Positions 1-10,323 of a stretch of 64,000 nucleotides of DNA are shown in pieces. The notes beneath the pieces are model-generated. The model saw only the letters and a program-made list of their open reading frames with translations. It did no database searches and had not been told where the DNA came from. Both the position numbers and the translations under genes were made by a program. Origin of the DNA: Gemmatimonadaceae bacterium (GTDB taxonomy: Bacteria > Gemmatimonadota > Gemmatimonadetes > Gemmatimonadales > Gemmatimonadaceae). Position 1 is the first letter of the stretch. Every line of letters begins with the position of its first letter. The DNA lies in contig JBBDYC010000008.1 in NCBI GenBank assembly GCA_040901985.1, positions 144,490 to 208,489 of the forward strand, given 5' to 3'.

Positions 1-1086
1 CGATGCCGACGAGGGGTCGCCGGTGGCCGACTTCGGGGTGGCCACGAGCGGCCGGATCCCCGCCCACGACGCGACGACGTCGGCGGCGGTGAGGTGCGAC
101 TCGGGGAAGAAGCGGTTGCAGGCGTTGAGCAGGTACGTTACGTCGGCGCGCGAGGCGCGGACCTCGTGCGGGTGCTCGTCGGTGCGCGTGTCGGTAGTGC
201 CGATGATCGTGTGCCCGCCGCTCGCCGGGAGGGTGAACAGCACGCGCCCGTCGTCCGGCGAGAGCATCGTCACCGCGCCGAGGTTGCCGACCCGCGCCGC
301 GGGGACGGCAATGTGCACGCCCTTGGTGCCGCGCACGGCGGGTCCGGCGTTGGGATCCTCCAGGCGCGCGATCTCATCGGTCCACGGTCCGGTGGCGTTC
401 ACCACGAGCCGCGCCTGCACGGGCACCTCCTGGCCGCCGAGCGCATCGTGCACGATTGCGCCGGTCGCGTTGCCGTGCGGCGAGGCGAAGGTGAGCGCAG
501 TGACCGGCGCGTGGTTGACCACCACCGCGCCGTGCGCCGCCGCGTCAAGGACGTTGGCCAGGGGCAGTCGGGCGTCGTCGCAGCCGGCGTCCCAGTATGC
601 GGCGCCGCCGCGGAGATCCTCCTTGGCAAGCCAGGGCTCGGCGGCGAGCACGCCTGCGGCGTCGAGCCGGCGATGGCGCCCGACGTTCCGGAACATCGCG
701 AGCGCGTCGTAGAGCGTAAGGGCGGCGGCGAGCTTCCAGCGGGAGACGCGGGCGCCACGATAGACCGGCCAGGTGAACCGGAGCGGGCGCACGAGGTGCG
801 GCGCGAGCTTGAGCAGGCGCCGACGCTCGCGGCTCGCCTCGAAGACCAGATGCAGGTACCCGTGCTCGAGGTAGCGCACGCCGCCGTGAATCAGCCGGGA
901 CGACCGGCTCGACGTCCCGCTCGCAAAGTCGCCGGCGTCCACGAGGGCAACGCTGAGGCCGCGCCGCACGGCGTCGCGCGCCACGCCGGCGCCGGTGATC
1001 CCGCCGCCGATCACGAGCAGGTCGAATCGGCGGTCGGCAAGCCCAAGGAGGCGCTGGACCCGACGCGGGGGGAGGGGGTTCGGCAC
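1..1086 (-). CDS. glpD: FAD-dependent glycerol-3-phosphate dehydrogenase/oxidase (3' end runs off the window)
   Basis: Hand translation of the minus strand from GTG 1086 gives FDLLVIGGGITGAGVARDA...GDFASGTSSRSSRLIHGGVRYLE, the GlpD N-terminal signature. Absent from the ORF track because it is truncated by the window edge. Confidence 0.9.
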   Translation of the reverse strand, partial: MPNPLPPRRVQRLLGLADRRFDLLVIGGGITGAGVARDAVRRGLSVALVDAGDFASGTSSRSSRLIHGGVRYLEHGYLHLVFEASRERRRLLKLAPHLVRPLRFTWPVYRGARVSRWKLAAALTLYDALAMFRNVGRHRRLDAAGVLAAEPWLAKEDLRGGAAYWDAGCDDARLPLANVLDAAAHGAVVVNHAPVTALTFASPHGNATGAIVHDALGGQEVPVQARLVVNATGPWTDEIARLEDPNAGPAVRGTKGVHIAVPAARVGNLGAVTMLSPDDGRVLFTLPASGGHTIIGTTDTRTDEHPHEVRASRADVTYLLNACNRFFPESHLTAADVVASWAGIRPLVATPKSATGDPSSAS

Positions 1087-1167
1087 GGGGGGAGATTATC
1101 GCCCGGTGCGCCCGGGCGACAGCCGTACGCGACTGCGCGAGTGCGGCGCCCTCCCTACCTTTATAGG

Positions 1168-2463
1168 ATGCCCATCTACGAGCCGGGGCGGCGCGTCGCG
1201 ATCATTGACGGCGTGCGCACCCCCTTCGCCAAGGCCGGCACCACCCTCCGGGCGCTCAGCGCGATCGAGCTCGGCAAGATCGCAGTGAGCGAGCTGGTGC
1301 ACCGGACCGATCTCGACCCCGCGACGGTGGACCTGCTGATCTTCGGCACCGTCATCCCCTCGGTGCTCGCGCCGAACATCGCGCGGGAGATCGCGCTGAT
1401 GCCGCTCCTCCCCAAGAAGGTGGACGCCTACAGCGTATCGCGCGCCTGCGCGTCGGCCAACCAGGCGATCACCGACGCGGCGGACCAGATTGCGCTCGGG
1501 CACGCCGAGGTGGCGATTGCCGGCGGCGCCGAGTCGCTGTCGAACGTGCCGATTCTCCATTCGCGCGGATTTTCCGATGCGCTCGTCGCGGCGTCAAAGG
1601 CCAAGTCGCTCTCGCAGCGCGTGCAGGCCTTTGCGAAGATCCGCGCCAAGGACTTCATCCCGATCACGCCGGCGATTGCCGAGCCGACCACTGGCGAGAC
1701 GATGGGGCAGTCGGCGGAGAAGATGGCCAAGCTCAACGCGATCTCGCGCGCCGCGCAGGACGCGCTGGCGCTGGCATCGCACCGCAACGCCGCCGCCGGT
1801 ACGGCCGACGGGCGCCTGACCGCGGAGATCGTGCCGGTCCCGGTTCCGCCCAAGTATGAGTCGGCGATGACGAGCGACAACGGGATCCGCGCCGATGCCA
1901 CGGCGGAGGCGCTCGCCGCCCTCAAGCCGGTGTTTGACAAGCGGTACGGGACGGTGACGGCGGGGAACGCCTCGCCGCTCACCGACGGCGGCGCGGCGGT
2001 GTTGCTGATGCGCGAGGACGTGGCGCGCGCGCGCGGCTACACGCCCAAGGCGTACATCCGCTCGTACGCGTACGCGGCGATCGATCCGGGGGAGCAGCTG
2101 CTGCAGGCGCCGGTGCTTGCCGCGCCGGTGGCGCTCAAGCGGGCCGGCATCACGCTCACCGACGTGGCGCTTGTCGAGATGCACGAGGCGTTCGCCGCGC
2201 AGGTGCTCTCGAACCTTGCCGGCCTCGAGTCGGCGTACTGGGCCGAGCGCGCCGGGTTCAGCGCGCCGGTGGGGGCGGTGGACCGGGACCGGCTGAACGT
2301 GATGGGCGGCTCGGTGGCGATCGGCCACCCGTTCGGCGCGACGGGCGCCCGCATCACGACGACGCTCGTGAACGAGCTCGCGCGACGCGACGGACAGTTC
2401 GGCCTGATGACCGTCTGCGCGGCCGGTGGGCTCGGCTTCGCGATGGTCGTGGAGCGCGCGTGA
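1168..2463 (+). CDS. fadI: Acetyl-CoA C-acyltransferase (3-ketoacyl-CoA thiolase)
   Basis: RTPF, SRACAS (catalytic Cys), EMHEAFAAQ, GHPFGATG and CAAGG motifs. ATG 1168 chosen because the ORF-track extension is antisense to glpD. Confidence 0.92.
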   Translation: MPIYEPGRRVAIIDGVRTPFAKAGTTLRALSAIELGKIAVSELVHRTDLDPATVDLLIFGTVIPSVLAPNIAREIALMPLLPKKVDAYSVSRACASANQAITDAADQIALGHAEVAIAGGAESLSNVPILHSRGFSDALVAASKAKSLSQRVQAFAKIRAKDFIPITPAIAEPTTGETMGQSAEKMAKLNAISRAAQDALALASHRNAAAGTADGRLTAEIVPVPVPPKYESAMTSDNGIRADATAEALAALKPVFDKRYGTVTAGNASPLTDGGAAVLLMREDVARARGYTPKAYIRSYAYAAIDPGEQLLQAPVLAAPVALKRAGITLTDVALVEMHEAFAAQVLSNLAGLESAYWAERAGFSAPVGAVDRDRLNVMGGSVAIGHPFGATGARITTTLVNELARRDGQFGLMTVCAAGGLGFAMVVERA

Positions 2464-4625
2464 GCCAGGCCCTCGCAGTGAAGGTGGAGCGCAGCGTCGC
2501 GGTGATCACCTTCGACCTGCGCGGCGAGCCGGTCAACAAGTTCACGCCGGCGGTGATCGAGGAGTTCACGACGGTGCTGGCGCAGCTCGAGAAGGATCCC
2601 GACGTCGAGGCGGCCGTGCTGATCAGCGGCAAGTTGGGGACGTTCATCGCCGGCGCCGACATTGACCAGTTCCTCGAGTTCCGGACCGCCGCCGACGCCC
2701 AGCGGGCGAGCGCGTTCGGCCACGCGATGATGCAGCGGATCGAGAGCGGACGGGTGCCGATCGTCGTGGCCATTGACGGCGCGTGCCTCGGCGGCGGACT
2801 CGAGCTCGCACTCGCCTGCGCGTATCGCATTGCCGCCGACTCACCGAAGACGGTGCTGGCGCTCCCCGAGGTGCAACTCGGCTTGATTCCCGGCGCCGGC
2901 GGCACGCAGCGCCTGCCGCGCTGCGTCGGTCTGCAGGCGGCGCTCGATATGATCCTCACCGGAAAGAACGTCCGCGCCCGGAAGGCGCTGCAGACGGGCC
3001 TGGTGGACGAGCTCGTGCATCCGAGCATCCTGCGCCAGGTCGCCGTGCAGCGCGCGCAGGAGCTCGCCGGCGGGGCAATCGAGCGCGTACGCGACGATCG
3101 GCGGCGCGGCGCCAAGGAGCTCTTGCTCGACGCCAACCCGATTGGCCGCGCGCTGGTGTTCCGCCAGGCGCGCGAGATGACGCAGCGGAAGTCCAAGGGC
3201 CACTACCCGGCGCTCTTTGCGGCGCTCGAGGCCGTCGCCGCGGGATTCCACGGCGACCCGGCGGACGGCTTTGCCACTGAGGCGCGGCTCTTTGGCGAGA
3301 TGGCAATGACGTCGGTCTGCCGCGAGCTGATGTTCCTCTTCTATGCGACCACGGCCCTGAAGAAGGACAGCGGGGTGGTTGGCGCGGCCGCCGCGGCCCC
3401 CGCCGCGCTCCCGGTGCCGCGCATCGCCGTGCTCGGCGCCGGGTTCATGGGCGCCGGGATCGCCGCCATCAGCGCAATGCAGCAGGTCCCGGTGCGCTTG
3501 AAGGACACCGCGCCTGAGCGGGTGGCCAAGGGCATTGCCGCGGTGCGCGAGGTGCTGAAGGACCGGTTGACCAAGCGGCAGGTCACGCGCCAGCAATTCG
3601 ACGACCAGGTCTCGCTGATTGCCGGAACGGCGGACTACCGCGGATTCGGACGCGTGCCACTGGTAATCGAGGCGGTGTTCGAAGACCTCGCGGTGAAGCA
3701 CGCCGTGCTGCGGGAGGCCGAGGCGGTCCTCGCCGAGGACGCGATCTTCGCGACGAACACGAGCACGATTCCAATCGCAAAGATCGCCGCGGCGAGCAAG
3801 CGACCGGAGCGCGTCATCGGGATGCACTTCTTCTCGCCGGTGCACAAGATGCCCCTGCTCGAGGTGATCGTCACCCCGCGCACGGCGCCGGAGGTGGTCA
3901 CCACGGTCGTCGAGTTCGGCCGGAAGATCGGCAAGACGGTGATCGTCGTGAGCGATGCGCCGGGGTTCTACGTGAACCGGATTCTCGCACCATACGTGAA
4001 CGAGGCGGGACGGCTGCTCGACGAGGGCGCGGCGGTGGACGCGATTGACAGGGCGATGGGCGAGTTCGGGTTTCCGGTCGGGCCAATCAACCTCATTGAC
4101 GAAGTGGGCCTCGACATCGCCGGCAAGTCCGGGGCAATCATGGCCGAGGCGTTCGGCGACCGGATGCAGCCGAGCGTGGCGCTGCAGAAGGTCGTCGGCG
4201 CCGGCCGGCTCGGACGGAAAGGCAAGCAGGGCTTTTACGCGTACGACGACAAGGGCAAGCGCGAAGGCGTGGACGAGAGCGTCTATCGGCTCTATCCGGG
4301 TGGCGCCAAGCGGAGGGAGGTGCCGCGCGAGGAGATCCAGCGCCGCCTCTCCCTCGCGATGGTGAACGAGGCCGCGCGCTGTCTCGAGGAGGGAATCGTC
4401 CACTCGGCGCGCGACGGCGACGTGGGCGCGGTGTTCGGGATAGGATTTCCGCCGTTCCGCGGCGGACCGTTCCGCCATATGGATGCGGTGGGCATCCCGG
4501 AGATCGTGCGGCAGCTGGAGGCGCTCGACGCGACGTCCCCCGGACAGTTCCGGCCGGCGGCACTGCTGGCGAAGATGGCGCGCGAGAACACGCGGTTCTA
4601 TCCGAGCGAGGGAAAGCCAGTATGA
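2460..4625 (+). CDS. fadJ: Fatty acid oxidation complex subunit alpha (enoyl-CoA hydratase/3-hydroxyacyl-CoA dehydrogenase)
   Basis: FIAGADI, GGGLELALAC, PEVQLGLIPGAGGT, GAGFMGAG, HFFSP motifs; GTGA overlap with the thiolase. Confidence 0.93.
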   Translation: MSQALAVKVERSVAVITFDLRGEPVNKFTPAVIEEFTTVLAQLEKDPDVEAAVLISGKLGTFIAGADIDQFLEFRTAADAQRASAFGHAMMQRIESGRVPIVVAIDGACLGGGLELALACAYRIAADSPKTVLALPEVQLGLIPGAGGTQRLPRCVGLQAALDMILTGKNVRARKALQTGLVDELVHPSILRQVAVQRAQELAGGAIERVRDDRRRGAKELLLDANPIGRALVFRQAREMTQRKSKGHYPALFAALEAVAAGFHGDPADGFATEARLFGEMAMTSVCRELMFLFYATTALKKDSGVVGAAAAAPAALPVPRIAVLGAGFMGAGIAAISAMQQVPVRLKDTAPERVAKGIAAVREVLKDRLTKRQVTRQQFDDQVSLIAGTADYRGFGRVPLVIEAVFEDLAVKHAVLREAEAVLAEDAIFATNTSTIPIAKIAAASKRPERVIGMHFFSPVHKMPLLEVIVTPRTAPEVVTTVVEFGRKIGKTVIVVSDAPGFYVNRILAPYVNEAGRLLDEGAAVDAIDRAMGEFGFPVGPINLIDEVGLDIAGKSGAIMAEAFGDRMQPSVALQKVVGAGRLGRKGKQGFYAYDDKGKREGVDESVYRLYPGGAKRREVPREEIQRRLSLAMVNEAARCLEEGIVHSARDGDVGAVFGIGFPPFRGGPFRHMDAVGIPEIVRQLEALDATSPGQFRPAALLAKMARENTRFYPSEGKPV

Positions 4626-6295
4626 TCGGCAGGAGAGAGAGGGGAGGTGAAACAGGGTGGCCCGTGCGGGCCGCCCTGTGCGTAGGCCTGCTCTCCGTCA
4701 TCGCGCTGACGCCGCTCCTTGCGCAGCAGACGCGGGCCGAGCGGTCGAACTATACGGAGACCTCCACGCATGCCGACGTCGTGGCATTCCTCGACTCGCT
4801 CGACCGGGCGGCGCCGGGCCGGATGGTGCGCGGCGAGGTCGGGCATTCGGTCGGGGGCCGGGCGATCCAATTCGTCGTCGTGTCACGGCCGCTGGTGCGC
4901 ACGCCCGCCGCGGCGCGCGGCTCGGGGAAGCCGATTGTCTACGTGCAGGGCAGCATCCACGGCGGCGAGGTGGAGGGAAAGGAGTCGTTGCAAGCGATCC
5001 TGCGCGACCTCGTCTTGTCGCCACGGCCGAACGTCCTCGACTCGATTGTCCTGATTGCGGTGCCGGTCTACAATGGCGACGGCAACGACGCCCTCGGGCC
5101 GCAGGAGCGCCAACGCGGGTCGCAGAACGGGCCGGCGATGGTCGGCACGCGTCCGAACGGCGCGGGGCTTGACCTCAATCGCGACTACATCAAGGTCGAG
5201 TCGCCCGAGGCGCGTGGGTCACTGGCGTTCTTTTCGGCGTGGGACCCCGACGCCTTCGTGGACCTCCACACGACGGACGGATCGTACCACGGCTATGCGC
5301 TGACCTACTCACCGTCGCTGCATCCGGCGGCGATGGACGGCGCGCTCGCGCCTGCCGGCCCCTGGACGCGCGACACGCTGCTGCCAGAGATCCGCCGCCG
5401 GGTCCGCGAGCGGCGCGGCTACGAGACATTCGACTACGGCAACTTCGTCGGCGCCTTCAACGGCCGCGATGACCCAACGAGCCTCGAGAAGGGCGGCTGG
5501 GAGACCTACGAGCACAAGCCGCGCTTCGGCACCAATTACTACGGCCTGCGCAACCGGGTCAGTGTGCTGAGCGAGGCGTACTCACACGATCCGTTCGAGC
5601 GGCGCGTGGAGGCAACGACCGCCTTCGTGCTCGAGCTGCTTTCGTACCTCGCCGAGCAACACGCGACCGTGCTCGCGCGGACGCGCACGCCGGTCGCGGC
5701 GCTCGTCGCCGCGCGCCGTCCCAAGGTGGCGCTCCGCGCGACGATGACCCGCGCCCCGTTCCAGGCGCCAATCCTCGTCGAGCAGTTGCAGCCCACGGGC
5801 GACTCAATGCGCCACGAGGCCGGCCTGCGGTCCGGCTTCCGCCGCGCCCATCGCGCGACCGCGGTGACGATGCCGGTCTGGGATCGCTTCGATGCGACGC
5901 TCAGCCGTGCGCTGCCCGAGGCGTGGATTTTCGACCCGGCGCAATCGGCGGTGGTCGAGCGGCTCGAGGCGCACGGAATCGCCGTGACGAGGCTGCGCGC
6001 CGCGACGACAGTGGCCGGCGAGCGGTTCGCCGTGGATTCGATCGTCCGGGCGCCGCGCCCGTTCCAGGGTCACCAGGAGGTACGCGTCGAGGGCATCTGG
6101 AGCGCCGCCACGCTCGAGCTGCCCGCCGGCACGATCGTCGTCAGCGCCCGGCAGGCAAGCGCCGTGCTCGCCGCGATCCTGCTCGAACCGGAGAGCGACG
6201 ATGGGTTCACCACCTGGAATGTGTTCGACGATGCGCTCGCCGTGGGCGCCGCACACCCGGTGCGACGCGCGTTGCAACCGGTGGCGCCGCGGTGA
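4622..6295 (+). CDS. Secreted M14-family zinc carboxypeptidase-like protein
   Basis: Signal peptide; IHGGE (HxxE), LNRD and DLH Zn/substrate motifs. Confidence 0.8.
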   Translation: MIGRRERGGETGWPVRAALCVGLLSVIALTPLLAQQTRAERSNYTETSTHADVVAFLDSLDRAAPGRMVRGEVGHSVGGRAIQFVVVSRPLVRTPAAARGSGKPIVYVQGSIHGGEVEGKESLQAILRDLVLSPRPNVLDSIVLIAVPVYNGDGNDALGPQERQRGSQNGPAMVGTRPNGAGLDLNRDYIKVESPEARGSLAFFSAWDPDAFVDLHTTDGSYHGYALTYSPSLHPAAMDGALAPAGPWTRDTLLPEIRRRVRERRGYETFDYGNFVGAFNGRDDPTSLEKGGWETYEHKPRFGTNYYGLRNRVSVLSEAYSHDPFERRVEATTAFVLELLSYLAEQHATVLARTRTPVAALVAARRPKVALRATMTRAPFQAPILVEQLQPTGDSMRHEAGLRSGFRRAHRATAVTMPVWDRFDATLSRALPEAWIFDPAQSAVVERLEAHGIAVTRLRAATTVAGERFAVDSIVRAPRPFQGHQEVRVEGIWSAATLELPAGTIVVSARQASAVLAAILLEPESDDGFTTWNVFDDALAVGAAHPVRRALQPVAPR

Positions 6296-6329
6296 TGTCC
6301 AGTCCCCTCGATCCCTTCCGGCACCCCTG

Positions 6330-7271
6330 ATGCTCCGCAAGTCGCTGCTGTACCTCTCGCACCAACCGCGGATCTTTCGCTTTGTGCGCAACAATCGGCT
6401 GGCCAAGCGGTTGGCCTCCCGCTTCGTGGCCGGCGAGACCATCGCCTCCGCCTGCGACGCGGTGGCCGAGCTCAACAGGAAACGGATCACCGCCTCGCTC
6501 GACCTGCTCAGGGAATCGGTGGGCAACGAGGCCGAGGCGCGCGCGACCGGCAGGCAGTATGTCGAGCTCCTCGACGAGATCGCCCGGCGCAAGCTCGACG
6601 CCAAAGTCTCGGTGAAGCTCACCTCGCTCGGCCAGGACATCCGTGACGACCTCTGCGAGGAGATCACGCGCTCAATCCTCACGCGGGCCAAGTCCCACGG
6701 GAGCTTCGTCCGGTTGGATATGGAGGGGAGCGCGTACACCCAGCGCACGCTCGACTTCTTCGCCGCGCGGCTGCAGGCCGACTTTCCCGACACCGTGGGC
6801 ATCGTGCTCCAAAGCGCGCTCCGCCGCACGCTCGACGACGTCGAGTGGGCGATTGGCCGGCAGTGCCGCGTGCGGATCTGCAAGGGCGCGTACCTCGAGC
6901 CGGCGACGGTGGCCTTTCCCTCCAAGCGCGACGTGGACGCAACCTTTGTGGAGGCGATGCAACGCCTGATGGAGCGCGGCCGCTATCCCGGCATCGCGAC
7001 GCACGATGACGTGATCATCGGCGAGGCGCGGCGGCACGCCGTGGCCAAGGGGATCGGCCCCGACCGGTTCGAGTTCCAGATGCTCTACGGCGTGCGGCGC
7101 GACCTGCAGGAACAGCTCGTCGCCGAGGGCTGGCGACTGCGCGTGTACGTGCCGTTCGGGACGCAGTGGTATCCCTACCTGATGCGGCGGCTCGCCGAAC
7201 GTCCGGCCAACATCGCCTTCATCACCGGGAACGTGATGCGGGAGATGGTCTCGCGTCGCCGTTCCGCGTGA
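6330..7271 (+). CDS. Monofunctional proline dehydrogenase
   Basis: FVAGE, SVKLT, DME, RICKGAY, IATHD, EFQMLYG, YLMRRLAER motifs. Confidence 0.9.
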   Translation: MLRKSLLYLSHQPRIFRFVRNNRLAKRLASRFVAGETIASACDAVAELNRKRITASLDLLRESVGNEAEARATGRQYVELLDEIARRKLDAKVSVKLTSLGQDIRDDLCEEITRSILTRAKSHGSFVRLDMEGSAYTQRTLDFFAARLQADFPDTVGIVLQSALRRTLDDVEWAIGRQCRVRICKGAYLEPATVAFPSKRDVDATFVEAMQRLMERGRYPGIATHDDVIIGEARRHAVAKGIGPDRFEFQMLYGVRRDLQEQLVAEGWRLRVYVPFGTQWYPYLMRRLAERPANIAFITGNVMREMVSRRRSA

Positions 7272-7287
7272 GGTCCGCGTCTCGCCG

Positions 7288-7665
7288 ATGAGCCGCTTTC
7301 TGCCGGCGGACCACAGCAAGGGCGACGAGCACACGATCGGCGGCTATGCGGCGGTGCACGGCCGGCCGGCCGCCTTCGACGCGCGCGACGGACTGTCGTA
7401 CAGCGTGGAGATCCTCGTTGACGCCGCTGCCGATCCGCGCGGCCGCTTCGGCGCTTACCTGTTCTTTCTCCGTTGGCGGCGAATCGGCGAGGAAGGCGTC
7501 GAGGGACACCTGGAGAGCGCCTGCTTGGAGTTCGGCGAGACGCGACAGGAGGCGATGGATGCGCTCGGCGCGTGGTCCATCGAACGCGCCCAACGCGAGC
7601 TCGACGCGCTCCTCGACGCCGAGGCAGCGCGCGGCGCGCCAAGCGACGACGGGGACGACGCGTGA
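7288..7665 (+). CDS. Hypothetical protein
   Basis: 125-aa ORF with protein-like composition that fills the gap and overlaps the rsgA start (GTGA). Confidence 0.7.
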   Translation: MSRFLPADHSKGDEHTIGGYAAVHGRPAAFDARDGLSYSVEILVDAAADPRGRFGAYLFFLRWRRIGEEGVEGHLESACLEFGETRQEAMDALGAWSIERAQRELDALLDAEAARGAPSDDGDDA

Positions 7666-8606
7666 GCGCACGCCAGGGCGTGGTCGTCGAGGGGACCGGC
7701 GGGGTCTGGCAGGTGCGGACCGGCGACGGCGCAATGGTGCCGGCCTCGCTTGCCGGCCGGCTCAAGCAGGAGGACCGAGGAACCCTCAAGCTGGCCGTCG
7801 GCGATCACGTCACCATCGAGCCCGAGGAGCGCGGGGAGTCCTGGCGGATTACGGCGATCGGCGAGCGCCACGGCGTGTTGGCGCGCCGCGAACCCGGCGG
7901 CCGTCGCGGCGAACGCGTAATCGCCGCCAACGTGGACCAGGTGCTCGTCGTGTTCGCGGTGGCCAAGCCCGAGCCGCACCTCCGGATGATTGACCGGTTC
8001 CTCGTGGTCTGCGAGGCGAACGACCTGCACGCCCACGTCGTGCTCAACAAGGTGGACCTCGCGGGCGTCGGCGCGCCGGCCGATGCCGTCGAGGCGCTCG
8101 CGCGGCCCTATGAAGCGGCGGGATACCCGGTGCATCGCACGAGCGTGAAGCGCGGCGACGGCCTCGAGGAGCTGCGCGCCGTCCTCCGTGGCCGCATCAC
8201 CGTGGTCACCGGGCCGTCCGGTGTGGGGAAGTCGTCGCTCCTCAACACGCTGCACCCGGGGATTGCCCTGCGGACGGCCGAGATCTCCGAGTCGGTGAAC
8301 AAGGGGCGGCACACCACGGTCGGGGCGAAGCTCATTCCGCTCCCCGATGGCGCCGAGAGCTACCTCGTGGACACGCCGGGACTGCGCGAGATCGGGATGT
8401 GGGGACTGCCCTCCGAGTCACTCGACCAGTGCTTTCCGGAGTTCCGCCCCTACCTCGGTGAGTGCCGGTTCCAGGACTGCAAGCACGAGGTGGAGCCGGA
8501 GTGCGCGGTGCGGCGCGCGCTCGGTGCGGGGAAGGTGGACGCGGGCCGGTACGACAGCTATGTCAAACTCCTGGGGGAACTCACGCTGTCTGAACGCGTG
8601 TGGTGA
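7662..8606 (+). CDS. rsgA: Ribosome small subunit-dependent GTPase A
   Basis: Circularly permuted GTPase motifs NKVD, GPSGVGKS, GRHTT, DTPG; C-terminal CRFQDCKHEVEPEC zinc finger. Confidence 0.93.
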   Translation: MSARQGVVVEGTGGVWQVRTGDGAMVPASLAGRLKQEDRGTLKLAVGDHVTIEPEERGESWRITAIGERHGVLARREPGGRRGERVIAANVDQVLVVFAVAKPEPHLRMIDRFLVVCEANDLHAHVVLNKVDLAGVGAPADAVEALARPYEAAGYPVHRTSVKRGDGLEELRAVLRGRITVVTGPSGVGKSSLLNTLHPGIALRTAEISESVNKGRHTTVGAKLIPLPDGAESYLVDTPGLREIGMWGLPSESLDQCFPEFRPYLGECRFQDCKHEVEPECAVRRALGAGKVDAGRYDSYVKLLGELTLSERVW

Positions 8607-8677
8607 CCGGTTCCGGCCGCTGCCCCGCCGCCCCGAACTCGCAGGTGGCGACGGACGGGCTGCGCGCGCTGAACTGA

Positions 8678-9313
8678 CTACGGGCTGAGCCGCTCGATCA
8701 CCCAGCCGCTCCCGGCCGGCCGATACCGCAGCCGGTCGTGCAGGCGGCTCTCGCGGCCCTGCCAGAACTCGAACGACTCGGCGATGAGGCGGAATCCGCC
8801 CCAATGCGGCGGCCGCGGAACGTCGCCGCCGGCGTGTTCGGCTTCCAGCTCGGCGTGTCGTGCCTCGAGTGACTCGCGACTGGCGATCACCGAACTCTGC
8901 GCCGACGCCCAGGCGCCGAGTTGGCTGCCGCGCGGGCGGGTCCGGAAATACGCGGCGGACTCCTCGGCGCCCAGACGCGTCACGCGGCCGCTGATCCGCA
9001 CCTGTCGCTCGAGAGGCCCCCACCAGAAGCAGAGCGCGGCGCGGGCGTTGGCCTCGAGCTCGCCGCCCTTCCGGCTGCGGTAGTCGGTGAAGAAGACGAA
9101 CCCCTCTGCCGCAACCTCCTTCAACAGCACCATCCGGCAGTTTGGGGCGCCGTCGACGTCGGCGGTGGCGAGCGCCATCGCGTTCGGCTCCATCACCTTG
9201 GCCTCGGCGGCCTGCGCGAACCAGCGGTGGAACTGTTCCACCGGGTCCGCCGCAACGTCGAACTCGTCAAGGCGCTCGCGACGGTACTCCTCGCGCAGGT
9301 GGGTGATGTCCAT
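8678..9313 (-). CDS. pdxH: Pyridoxamine 5'-phosphate oxidase
   Basis: LREEY, EPNAMALAT, RMVLLK, RPRGSQ, EFWQGRESRLHDR, C-terminal RLSP. Confidence 0.95.
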   Translation of the reverse strand: MDITHLREEYRRERLDEFDVAADPVEQFHRWFAQAAEAKVMEPNAMALATADVDGAPNCRMVLLKEVAAEGFVFFTDYRSRKGGELEANARAALCFWWGPLERQVRISGRVTRLGAEESAAYFRTRPRGSQLGAWASAQSSVIASRESLEARHAELEAEHAGGDVPRPPHWGGFRLIAESFEFWQGRESRLHDRLRYRPAGSGWVIERLSP

Positions 9314-9319
9314 GACCGG

Positions 9320-9345
9320 CAGGTGGGAGGTGGGAGGTGGGAGGT
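9320..9345 (-). repeat. Heptamer tandem array (TCCCACC)n in the pdxH 5' leader
   Basis: caggtgggaggtgggaggtgggaggt on the + strand, 6 nt from the pdxH ATG. Confidence 0.85.
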
Positions 9346-9463
9346 ATGAGGAAACTACACGACACCGCTCCCTCACACCTTGGAATTCTCTCGCCCACAA
9401 GCGCTCTCTGGCAAGGTCCTCGCCGGAACCTTTGCGGCGGGCGGGGATTGGTGTCACGTTCCC

Positions 9464-10063
9464 ATGATGACCGAACCGCTGGCGCCGGCCGCCAAATCGC
9501 ACGCCGAGTTCAGCGCGCTCGCCCTGACCGCGCTCGACGACGTCTATCGCTTCGCCCGCTCGCTCACCCGCGATGAGGCCGACGCGGAGGATGTCGTGCA
9601 GGAGACCTATCTGCGCGCGTTCAGGAGCTGGACGACCTTCCAGCCGGGGAGCGATGTCCGGCGGTGGCTCTTCACGATTGCCCGCAACGTTTTCCTGCGG
9701 TCGCTTGAGCGAGGGAAGCGCGAGGTCACGCTCGATGACGATGGCGCGGAGATCGTGGACGCCGCGCAGGCGCAGGATCAGTGGATCCAGAAGGGGCTCG
9801 ACCCGCTCCTCGACCGGGCCGACCTCGGCCCGGCCATTCGCGCCGCGCTCGACGAGATCCCCGAGACGTATCGCTCGGCGGTGGTGTTGGTGGACCTCGA
9901 GGACCAGTCGTACGAGGACGCGGCGGAGGTGCTCGGCGTACCGGTCGGCACCGTGCGTTCGCGCCTCTTCCGCGGTCGCAAGCTGCTGCAGGAACGGCTT
10001 TTCGCCTACGCGCAGGATGCCGGATTTCTCACCCCGTCCGGGCCAACCCGGAGTGACAGATGA
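9464..10063 (+). CDS. ECF RNA polymerase sigma-70 factor (SigR/SigH-like)
   Basis: Region 2 DAEDVVQETYLRA...WLFTIARN; region 4 SYEDAAEVLGVPVGTVRSRLFRGR. Confidence 0.92.
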   Translation: MMTEPLAPAAKSHAEFSALALTALDDVYRFARSLTRDEADAEDVVQETYLRAFRSWTTFQPGSDVRRWLFTIARNVFLRSLERGKREVTLDDDGAEIVDAAQAQDQWIQKGLDPLLDRADLGPAIRAALDEIPETYRSAVVLVDLEDQSYEDAAEVLGVPVGTVRSRLFRGRKLLQERLFAYAQDAGFLTPSGPTRSDR

Positions 10064-10323
10064 TGCACAATGATGCAGGAGCCGTCCCCGACTGCAATGG
10101 CGCGATGGCCCGCCTCTTCGAGCTCCTCGACGGGGAACTCACGCCGGAGGTCGAGCGGCAGGTGCGGTCGCACATCACGTCGTGCCCCGATTGCTTCACC
10201 CACGCCGACTTCGAGAAGCGGTTCCTCGCCGCGCTCCACGCGGCGAAGGCGGGGGGCGCGGCGCCCAAGCAATGCCGCGAGCGCGTGATGACGGCGCTCC
10301 GCACCGCCGGGTTCACCGGGTGA
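10060..10323 (+). CDS. Zinc-binding anti-sigma factor (zf-HC2/ZAS)
   Basis: LLDGEL...HITSCPDC (HxxxCxxC); ATGA overlap with the sigma gene. Confidence 0.88.
   Translation: MMHNDAGAVPDCNGAMARLFELLDGELTPEVERQVRSHITSCPDCFTHADFEKRFLAALHAAKAGGAAPKQCRERVMTALRTAGFTG

Noticed and set aside
94..1167. N-terminal extension making the thiolase ORF 789 aa
   Set aside because: It is the antisense shadow of glpD; thiolase homology starts at ATG 1168.
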